Source: Candidatus Zixiibacteriota bacterium (lineage in GTDB: Bacteria; Zixibacteria; MSB-5A5; GN15; FEB-12). Taken from it: a stretch of DNA of 33,228 nucleotides. Location: the NCBI GenBank assembly GCA_034659415.1, contig JAYEHE010000291.1:1-33228 (forward strand), in the 5' to 3' direction. Position numbers and translations under genes: made by a program. Shown piece after piece: positions 26,051 through 33,228 of the stretch (positions are counted from its first letter, which is position 1; every line of letters starts with the position of its first letter). A model generated the notes under the pieces. The model saw only the letters and a list, made by a program, of their open reading frames with translations. It was not told where the DNA came from and searched no databases.

Positions 26051-27670
26051 TTGAAATTAATTATTTATGCATTTTTACTTTTTGGGATAACCACAGCTGG
26101 TTTTACACAGCAGTTATCAAATGATATTTTTCCGTCAGAGGATGAGCTTTTAGAAGCTTTGAATCAAGGAGAAATTGATAGTGAGCAATATCAGATTTTA
26201 CAGGAGATATTTATTGAAGGCATCAGTGAGAAGAATATATACCTGCTTGAGGAAATTCCATATCTTAATAAATTTTCAGTAAAAAATCTTAAAGATTATT
26301 CAATATACCAAAAAGAACAGCTTGACTATATCAGTTCTTTCCAGAAAAGAAAAATTGAGAACGGTAGATTTACATATAAGTATTATCAAAAATTTAATGA
26401 AGATGAAGATGCACGATATCGACTAAAAGCAAAATATAAATTCAATTCAGCGTGGCAATTTGATTTAAGATTGCAAAAAGAATATTCTTCCAATGAAAGG
26501 ATTGTCCATAGATCTTTATATTATCAAAGTACAAAAGGAATTGTAAATTATCTATTTCTGGGTAACTATTCAAAAAAAATTGGGCTGGGTACGGTTTTTG
26601 GATACAGAGGGAAACTTCTGGATTTTTCAGGTAATATTGATGATGAGTCTTTTCTTTTTCCTGATTATGGCGGAAAGAACGGCTTTCTTCTTAATTTAGG
26701 CGATACGAAATATAATGCAGTTGTTTTTACAAATGTAATTAGGGATTACAAGCATCTGTTTAGAACAATAGGCGGTTCAATCAAGCAGGAATCTGAATCA
26801 TATACTTTACAGCCGATTTTATCTGTTACAAGGTTATCAAATAGAGAGAGTTCAGTTTATGTAGATGATTATAAGACTGGAATAAATCTCTCAAAAAAAT
26901 ATAAAGAAATCAGAAATGAAATTGAATTTACTTATCAAAATGGAGTGGAACAAAGTTTTGCGATTGTAGTCGAAGGTGAGATAAATTTCAAAAAATCTTT
27001 TGATGCAACATATTCTTTTTGGAGTTACGCCAATGATTATATCGATTTGGAATCAGGTAGTAAAAGTGGATTGCTAAGGCGTAGTATTGAATTGAATGAA
27101 ATTGATTATAGTTTCTCAAGTAAACGTACTGGGCAAAGAGGCGGATTGTTGAACTTGAGTTTTCACTCGGAAGAAAATTTGCGATTTCGTAATTCAATTC
27201 TTTATTCAAAGATAAATAATGATTCTTTACTTTTTGAATATTCTCCCGCATTTATAAAACAGCAGTCATCAAGTGTTCTATTGAAATTTGATTATATTTA
27301 TAAGTACAAGAAAAAGTATTTATCTGTTTCAAAATATAGCCAATTACGTGGGGAAATATATTTTAAAAATGATATTATTAAAATCAGGAATAATATTTCT
27401 TTCAAATATAAAACCGGAAATCCTAATTATATCGGATGGTTTTGTCAGATACGATGGAAAAGTAATAGTTCCGAATATGAAATCTGGTCGAATATCAATA
27501 AAATTGATATTAAAAAATTGAGAAATGACTATTGGTATCTTTATGTTAAGCATAAATTTAAAATTGCTAAAACAATTTTTGGCGTAACCAAGCTCAGCCA
27601 TTCTTATAGTAGAAATTCATCGCTTAAACATAGCACAACAATTTCTTCGGAATTCCAGGTCGCCTTATGA
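26051..27670 (+). CDS. Secreted hypothetical protein, possibly an outer-membrane beta-rich protein
   Basis: TTG start 3 nt after the activator stop codon. Signal peptide MKLIIYAFLLFGITTAGFTQ. The Tyr/Ser/Asn/Lys-rich sequence has an alternating pattern. I recognised no family motif. Confidence 0.6.
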   Translation: MKLIIYAFLLFGITTAGFTQQLSNDIFPSEDELLEALNQGEIDSEQYQILQEIFIEGISEKNIYLLEEIPYLNKFSVKNLKDYSIYQKEQLDYISSFQKRKIENGRFTYKYYQKFNEDEDARYRLKAKYKFNSAWQFDLRLQKEYSSNERIVHRSLYYQSTKGIVNYLFLGNYSKKIGLGTVFGYRGKLLDFSGNIDDESFLFPDYGGKNGFLLNLGDTKYNAVVFTNVIRDYKHLFRTIGGSIKQESESYTLQPILSVTRLSNRESSVYVDDYKTGINLSKKYKEIRNEIEFTYQNGVEQSFAIVVEGEINFKKSFDATYSFWSYANDYIDLESGSKSGLLRRSIELNEIDYSFSSKRTGQRGGLLNLSFHSEENLRFRNSILYSKINNDSLLFEYSPAFIKQQSSSVLLKFDYIYKYKKKYLSVSKYSQLRGEIYFKNDIIKIRNNISFKYKTGNPNYIGWFCQIRWKSNSSEYEIWSNINKIDIKKLRNDYWYLYVKHKFKIAKTIFGVTKLSHSYSRNSSLKHSTTISSEFQVAL

Positions 27671-29259
27671 AAAATATTTTATTTATAATAATTGTTGGTT
27701 TGCTATGTACAAAAGCAAGTGCAGAAATAATTGTTAATGAATTGTTAATTAACGAACCGGAAGCATATAGGAATTTAGAATGGATTGAATTGTACAATAG
27801 TTCTAATTTTGCAGAAGATTTGAATGAATACGAATTGTTTATTGATGGTGATATTGTATTTTTGTCACCTCAAATAGTTATGCAACCAGGTGAATATATA
27901 ATTATCTGCCGGAAATTATTTTCAGAAAATAATCAGGTTGCTTATGAAATGTGGTATGGCAACAATAATGGCATTTGGGGGGATACATCCAGTGAACGAT
28001 TTTGTCGGCAACCGTTGGAAGCTGATTTTTCTTTGATTAATACTCATGGGAATATCAGTCTATTGAAAAATAATAATACTGTTTCAAATTTTAACTGGAC
28101 CAATGGTGGCGAGGATGGGATTTCTTTTGAAAGATTAAATCAATATGATTCTTTATTTCTGCCTTCAATAGATGTATCAGGCGTTACTCCGGGATTTATT
28201 AATTCAATCACTTCTGTTGATTTTGATTTGGCGATTGATTCCAGTTGGGTGATAAATGAAAATGATCAATTTTATCTTTTGGCAAATGTGTCAAATAAAG
28301 GACTATTGCCAGTTGAGTATTCATCATTATTTGTTGGTACTTCTACTGATACTTCAGCTTTTGCCTCAATACCTTTATTGAATTCGGGGGAAATATATAC
28401 TGTTGAATTTTGTCTTGAGTTACCCGGTTATTACGCTGATGTTGTTTTAAATTTATCAATCGATGATCGTCATACAAATAATCAGTATTTTATGACAGTT
28501 CCCGGTGTGAGTTATCCGCCTGTAATTTTGTCGGAGATTCTTGCCAACCCATCGGGGACGTTGAACTCAGAATGGATTGAATTAATAAATATTTCAGATA
28601 GTTTAATTTCGCTCGATAATTGGCAGATAATAGATGCCGTGGGCAATGTGATGTCTCTTAGTGGAATTATTGAATCGAATGAATACTTGGTATTAGTTGA
28701 GGATAAATTTGATTTTGAAAATTATTATAATAATCTTTCCTCAATTATCGAACCAGATAGTTGGACAACTTTAAATAACAGCTCGGAAACTATTATCTTA
28801 GTTGATAATTTTGGAATTATTTCAGATAATTTCGAATATGAAAACAGTTTCGCAGAAAATCATAGTTGGTCGCGTGACGAGAATAATTTAGCTGAAAAAA
28901 TATGGGGACAGTCAGTAAACTCAGGCGGCACTCCAGGATGTGAAAATGAATTATATCCGGTACAGTCTAATAATACAAACATAGTAACAATAACCCCGAC
29001 TCATTTTTCTCCTCCGAATAATGAGTTTGTATCTATAGTTATCCAAGCTGTAAATGTAGAAAATTACACGGCTCGGATTTATGATAAATTAGGAAGAGTA
29101 GTTAAAACATTTTTTGAAAAACAGGCATTTATCCCATCAGAATTTAATTGGGATGGGTTGACAGATAGCGGACATAAAATTCCTGTGGGAGTTTATCTTT
29201 TCTATTTTGAAGCCGAAGGGACCAAACCGATAAAAAAGCCGATTGTGATTACCCGATGA
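27667..29259 (+). CDS. Secreted protein with two lamin-tail domains (LTD) and a FlgD-Ig-like C-terminal (sorting-type) domain
   Basis: ATGA overlap with the upstream gene. Signal peptide present. LTD signatures IIVNELLINEPEAYRNLEWIELYNSS and VILSEILANPSGTLNSEWIELINISD. The C-terminus reads FSPPNNEFVSIVIQAVNVENYTARIYDKLGRVVKTFF...FNWDGLTDSGHKIPVGVYLFYFEA. Confidence 0.75.
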   Translation: MKNILFIIIVGLLCTKASAEIIVNELLINEPEAYRNLEWIELYNSSNFAEDLNEYELFIDGDIVFLSPQIVMQPGEYIIICRKLFSENNQVAYEMWYGNNNGIWGDTSSERFCRQPLEADFSLINTHGNISLLKNNNTVSNFNWTNGGEDGISFERLNQYDSLFLPSIDVSGVTPGFINSITSVDFDLAIDSSWVINENDQFYLLANVSNKGLLPVEYSSLFVGTSTDTSAFASIPLLNSGEIYTVEFCLELPGYYADVVLNLSIDDRHTNNQYFMTVPGVSYPPVILSEILANPSGTLNSEWIELINISDSLISLDNWQIIDAVGNVMSLSGIIESNEYLVLVEDKFDFENYYNNLSSIIEPDSWTTLNNSSETIILVDNFGIISDNFEYENSFAENHSWSRDENNLAEKIWGQSVNSGGTPGCENELYPVQSNNTNIVTITPTHFSPPNNEFVSIVIQAVNVENYTARIYDKLGRVVKTFFEKQAFIPSEFNWDGLTDSGHKIPVGVYLFYFEAEGTKPIKKPIVITR

Positions 29260-30059
29260 AATATTTATTGGTTATATTTTTATTTTGTGCTGTAACTTTA
29301 AGAGGAGCAGATTATTCTTACTTTTCAGATGAAGGATTAAGCGGCAATATAATCCTATCAGATATGACAGCGGCATCCTGTTTGTCGGTGTCATCTTTAA
29401 GTAACGGGAAGAAAATTCTGTTTCAATCCGGATTTAACAGAAAATTTGATTTTGAATATTTTGATAATTTATACATTGCTTCGGTTTATAAAAATAATAA
29501 AACAACTATTGGGGTAGGGCTGGCTCAGTTTGGTAAGATTGATTTTTATTCAGAACAAATTTTAAAATTGTCAGCTTCGTTTGCATTTAATAATAAAAGT
29601 TTTGGGATAAATTTCTCCGGTGTTCAATTTGGGTTTAATGATAATTATTCTAATCTAAGGCAAACAACAATTGGTATTAGTTCACTTATTAAATTTAACA
29701 ATTTTTATATAGCGGAAGTTATAGATGATTTGATAAGCTCTCGTCTTACGCCTTATAGTTTGAAGCCAAATGTCAAATTTACAACTTTATCAGAATTGAT
29801 GATTAAAAATAACTTGTCATTATTGGGGCGAGTTACGTTTGAGAAAAATGAAAAACCAATTTTTTCTTTTGCAGAAATAATAAAGTTAAATATGCTGAGC
29901 AATATTTATTTGTCCGCAATAACATATCCCTTGAAATATGGTGGAGGTTTAAGTTACAAATTCAATAAATTGAACATAGTATATTCTTTTTCTTATCAGG
30001 AAATTTTAGGCTTTTCATACAGCATTGCATTTGATTATACTCTATTATTGAGGAAATAA
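29256..30059 (+). CDS. Secreted hypothetical protein (267 aa), possibly a small beta-barrel
   Basis: ATGA overlap with the LTD gene. Signal peptide MKYLLVIFLFCAVTLRGA. Alternating beta-like pattern with no recognised motif. Confidence 0.55.
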   Translation: MKYLLVIFLFCAVTLRGADYSYFSDEGLSGNIILSDMTAASCLSVSSLSNGKKILFQSGFNRKFDFEYFDNLYIASVYKNNKTTIGVGLAQFGKIDFYSEQILKLSASFAFNNKSFGINFSGVQFGFNDNYSNLRQTTIGISSLIKFNNFYIAEVIDDLISSRLTPYSLKPNVKFTTLSELMIKNNLSLLGRVTFEKNEKPIFSFAEIIKLNMLSNIYLSAITYPLKYGGGLSYKFNKLNIVYSFSYQEILGFSYSIAFDYTLLLRK

Positions 30060-30063
30060 TTGA

Positions 30064-31191
30064 ATGGTGCAAAAAAGACAGGACATAGAGAAAAAAGAAA
30101 AAGAACAGTTGGCATCGTATGCCGCTTTTTCTCAGGAATCAAAGGGGCGTGTTTACCCACAGTTGAGTCATGATTTTCGAACTGATTTTCAAAGAGATAG
30201 AGATAGGATAGTTCATTGTACGGCTTTTCGTCGTTTGGAATACAAAACACAGGTATTTATCCCACACGAAACGGATCATTACCGTACTCGCTTAACGCAT
30301 ACTATCGAAGTTGCACAGATAAGCCGGACTATTGCCAGGATTTTAAGGCTTAACGAAGATTTAGCCGAAGCGGTAGCATTGGTTCATGATTTGGGGCATA
30401 CGCCGTTTGGTCATGCGGGGGAAGATGTTCTTAATGAACTGCTTGTTAATGAAGGAGGCTTCAATCATAATCACCAGTCTTTACGAATAGTAGATTTATT
30501 AGAACAAGGGTATAAAGAACATCCGGGATTAAATCTTACTTATGAAGTCCGCGAAGGAATAGTAAAGCATGAAACCAAGCTAAAAATGATTCATAAAGAT
30601 TTTGACAATAACCAATTTCCTTCACTTGAAGCAATGATAGTTGATATTGCGGATGAAATTGCATATAACTCTCATGATATTGATGATGGATTGTCATCGG
30701 GATTGATAACATTTGAATTGCTTGAAAATTCTGAATCGTTAAGAAATATTTTAAATAATCCTCAAATTAAATTTGATAATAGCCATTATAGCCAGTACAG
30801 TTTGGTTCGCCAAATTATCAATAATCTAACAATTGATGTTATTGAAGAGACTAATAGAAGGATTGGTCAAAATAATATTAAAACTATCGACAATGTAAGA
30901 GACTCAAAAATTAAATTGTGCAATTATTCAAAATCAATGGAGATATGGGTTAAAGAGTTAAAAAATCTCCTGTTTAATAATTTGTATCGCCATGAAAAAT
31001 TGACAAATATGATCCAGTGGAGTCGAGAGATTATCACTTCATTATTTGACTGGTTTAATATGGACACTAACAGACTTCCGGAGAGATTTCAGGAAATGCT
31101 TCTTACAGAAAAAAAATCAATAGTAATTGCTGATTATATTGCCGGTATGACTGACCGCTTCGCTACAAAAATCTACGGTGAAATTAAATAG
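30064..31191 (+). CDS. dgt: dGTP triphosphohydrolase-like HD-domain protein
   Basis: FQRDRDRIVHCTAFRRLEYKTQVF, RTRLTHTIEVAQISR, LVHDLGHTPFGHAGE, and the C-terminal DYIAGMTDRFA. Confidence 0.9.
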   Translation: MVQKRQDIEKKEKEQLASYAAFSQESKGRVYPQLSHDFRTDFQRDRDRIVHCTAFRRLEYKTQVFIPHETDHYRTRLTHTIEVAQISRTIARILRLNEDLAEAVALVHDLGHTPFGHAGEDVLNELLVNEGGFNHNHQSLRIVDLLEQGYKEHPGLNLTYEVREGIVKHETKLKMIHKDFDNNQFPSLEAMIVDIADEIAYNSHDIDDGLSSGLITFELLENSESLRNILNNPQIKFDNSHYSQYSLVRQIINNLTIDVIEETNRRIGQNNIKTIDNVRDSKIKLCNYSKSMEIWVKELKNLLFNNLYRHEKLTNMIQWSREIITSLFDWFNMDTNRLPERFQEMLLTEKKSIVIADYIAGMTDRFATKIYGEIK

Positions 31192-31348
31192 TAGCTCCGA
31201 AAAAAATCTTCGAAAAATCTATAAATAAATTATTCTTAAATTTATATTGTTTTGCATTGCTTTTTTTTATGAATTGTGTTGCAGGTTATTAAGTTTTGCC
31301 TGTTAGCAAATATTGTAAGTTGTAGTTAGTCAGCAACTTAACTTTTCC

Positions 31349-31765
31349 ATGTTAGTTGGCATAGAGCTTGCAATAAATGGTTTTATGGAATGTTATTTTG
31401 GATCCCAAACATTACCTACGGGTAATGAATTGGATAAAACAGCAGTAGTATCTTTCTCAATTCCTGAAATTGGGATAAGATTTAAAGCCCCTTTTAAGGG
31501 AATTGATAATAATCATTCAGATTTTGCGTCTTTTCTGGCGTTGCTTGAATTTATAGATTCTAATCAGAAATATTTCAGCAACCACACATATCAGATTTAT
31601 GGCAATAATTTATCAGTTATAAATCAGATTAATAAGCGAGAAGAGCTTGAAGATCAATTCCTCCCTCTTTTTAAACAAGCCTGTTCATTTAAGGAAAAAT
31701 ATAAATTTTCTTTAGAATGGGTCCCATCGCAGGATAATCTTGCATGTGACGACCTTTTTGATTGA
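31349..31765 (+). CDS. Small RNase H-like (RVT_3-type) protein, apparently degenerate
   Basis: 138 aa. The C-terminal pattern YQIYGNNLSVINQI ... FSLEWVPSQDNLACDDL resembles the RNase H-like signature (x-DS-x-lvv-x-q ... vpRexNxxADxLA). The N-terminal strand (VGIELAINGF) lacks the usual DG motif. Confidence 0.5.
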   Translation: MLVGIELAINGFMECYFGSQTLPTGNELDKTAVVSFSIPEIGIRFKAPFKGIDNNHSDFASFLALLEFIDSNQKYFSNHTYQIYGNNLSVINQINKREELEDQFLPLFKQACSFKEKYKFSLEWVPSQDNLACDDLFD

Positions 31766-31797
31766 CGAAATAGAGGAGTCAGCCTTATAATAATTTT

Positions 31798-32775
31798 ATG
31801 GCTACTCCAAGAGAACTATTTTTCGAAATAAAAAAAGGTAAATTCCATCCTGCTTATTATTTTTACGGTTTAGAAGAATATAGATTATCCGAAGCAAAGA
31901 AATATCTGGTTTCAAAATTTTTGCCGGATAAGCAGGGAATGATTAATTATAAAAAAATTGAATGCAAAAAAACCGCAATCGGAGATTTAATTGCCGAGCT
32001 TGCCACATTGCCGATGTTAGGTGAACGCCAGGTTTTTGCAGTTAATAATATTCAGCATTATAAACCTAACGATTTAAAAAAGATTCTAAAAATGCTGACA
32101 CCTCCCGACCCTAATAGGATAATAATATTTAGCACGCCTGCATCGAAAACCCCTAAGAGAACTTCTGCTTTTTTAAAAACAATGTCAGCTAACTCGAAGT
32201 CGGTGGAATTTAAAAAACTAACCGAGGGAGAAACCGAATCTTTTATAAAATCCAGATTAGAAAAAGAATCTATTGCTATTGAAAAGGAAGCGGTAGAATT
32301 GTTTGCGGCTCTTATTGCCGGAAATCGTGGTGCTCTGGAAGCTGAATCAAATAAGCTAATTGATTATAAAGGCAAAGGTGGTTATGTCACTGAAGCCGAT
32401 ATTAAAGAAATAGTCACTGGCTATGAAGTTTATAATATGTTCCATCTGGCTGATAATATTGTTGCCGGTAACAGTTCCCGAGTTCTTAAGATGATTGATG
32501 GTTTATATTCCGATGGAGTTGGTCCAACAGTATTAGCATCTCTTCTCCAGCAGCATATTATTTCTCTTTATTTAGTTAAAAATGATAAAAAGCCGGTTGG
32601 GAACAGAGGTTTTTTGATTCCAAATTTTAAAAGACAGGCTCAGAACTATACAAATAAACAGTTGGAGCAGATTATAATAAAAATTGCTGAATTGGACTCG
32701 GAACTTCGCAATGGGGGTTTAAAACCTGAAACAGCTTTTGAAGTGTTGGTGTTAAATTTAATCTCAAATCGTTAA
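31798..32775 (+). CDS. holA: DNA polymerase III subunit delta
   Basis: 325 aa. The N-terminus with PAYYFYGLEEYRL, then GERQVFAVNN, and the C-terminal LDSELRNGGLKPETAFEVLVL are typical of HolA. Confidence 0.85.
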   Translation: MATPRELFFEIKKGKFHPAYYFYGLEEYRLSEAKKYLVSKFLPDKQGMINYKKIECKKTAIGDLIAELATLPMLGERQVFAVNNIQHYKPNDLKKILKMLTPPDPNRIIIFSTPASKTPKRTSAFLKTMSANSKSVEFKKLTEGETESFIKSRLEKESIAIEKEAVELFAALIAGNRGALEAESNKLIDYKGKGGYVTEADIKEIVTGYEVYNMFHLADNIVAGNSSRVLKMIDGLYSDGVGPTVLASLLQQHIISLYLVKNDKKPVGNRGFLIPNFKRQAQNYTNKQLEQIIIKIAELDSELRNGGLKPETAFEVLVLNLISNR

Positions 32776-32822
32776 AAAAATGAGATTTTAGGGAAGAAAT
32801 CGTATTGTCGCAGGTAAATAAT

Positions 32823-33228
32823 GTGAATAGAAGTAATGAACGGCAACTGATTGAAGCGGTTCAAAATGGAGATAAGGTTGCTTATGGCAAACTTATCAGA
32901 ATCCATCAAAAACGGCTGTTCAGATTTATATATGGATTATTAGGTTCTTTTGATGCTACTGAAGATATTGTACAGGATAGTTTTGTGAAAGCTTATAACT
33001 CGATAGATAAGTTTAATTTGGAGTTTGCTTTTTACCCATGGTTGGCAACGATTGCTAAAAACAGGGCTTTTAATTATATGCAACGGGAAGAGAAGAAAGA
33101 ATCTCTTGATAAAGCCAGTGAAATTGGTTTCAATCCGATTGATCCAGAGTTGGGACCGCTTGAGAAGATAATTGATACCGAAAGTCAGAAAAAATTCAAT
33201 GAAGCCTTACAGTCAATGCCTATGAAAT
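32823..33228 (+). CDS. ECF sigma-70 family sigma factor, 3'-partial (runs off the window end)
   Basis: Absent from the ORF track because it has no stop codon in the window. My translation is VNRSNERQLIEAVQNGDKVAYGKLIRIHQKRLFRFIYGLLGSFDATEDIVQDSFVKAYNSIDKFNLEFAFYPWLATIAKNRAFNYMQREEK... (sigma region 2). The start is GTG 32823 or the in-frame TTG 32805, which lies 8 nt after gggaag. Confidence 0.8.
   Translation, partial: MNRSNERQLIEAVQNGDKVAYGKLIRIHQKRLFRFIYGLLGSFDATEDIVQDSFVKAYNSIDKFNLEFAFYPWLATIAKNRAFNYMQREEKKESLDKASEIGFNPIDPELGPLEKIIDTESQKKFNEALQSMPMK

Noticed and set aside
1-33228. tRNA, rRNA, tmRNA, RNase P or SRP RNA genes, and mobile elements (transposase, integrase, terminal inverted repeats)
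   Set aside because: I scanned the intergenic gaps by eye for T-loop GTTCRAATC-type motifs, GAGGAAAGTCC (RNase P) and SRP-like motifs, and found none. No ORF resembles a transposase, integrase or recombinase. This was not an exhaustive computational search.

Overview
This is a visibly AT-rich bacterial chromosomal window, densely coded, with Shine-Dalgarno sites (AGGAG/GGAGG) upstream of several genes. The gene content suggests an uncultivated anaerobic, FCB-group-like lineage, possibly Cloacimonadota-like. That guess rests on a gingipain-type C25 protease, FlgD-Ig-like C-terminal sorting domains, a 4-hydroxybutyryl-CoA dehydratase homolog and a sigma-54 activator, and I hold it with low confidence.

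Most of the window is ordinary housekeeping: rng-fmt-def-yajC, maeB, mreB, rnr, dgt, holA. Envelope and secretome genes are interspersed among these.

Two real coding regions are missing from the supplied ORF track because they run off the window edges. One is a C25 protease of more than 1100 aa on the minus strand (1..3304). The other is an ECF sigma factor (about 32823..33228, + strand).

I found no rRNA, tRNA, CRISPR array, transposase/integrase, or recognisable defence, toxin or prophage system. The parts least explained by ordinary annotation are:
- a 510-bp ORF-free, hairpin-dense interval (9960..10470) carrying two near-identical copies of a 40-nt GAAA-tetraloop hairpin module;
- a sigma-54 activator followed by three tightly linked or overlapping uncharacterised envelope genes, one encoding a protein with two lamin-tail domains;
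- a near-identical 411-bp in-frame tandem duplication inside a lipoprotein gene;
- a small degenerate RNase H-like ORF.

None of these can be assigned to a known system from the sequence alone. I do not claim a novel system with confidence.
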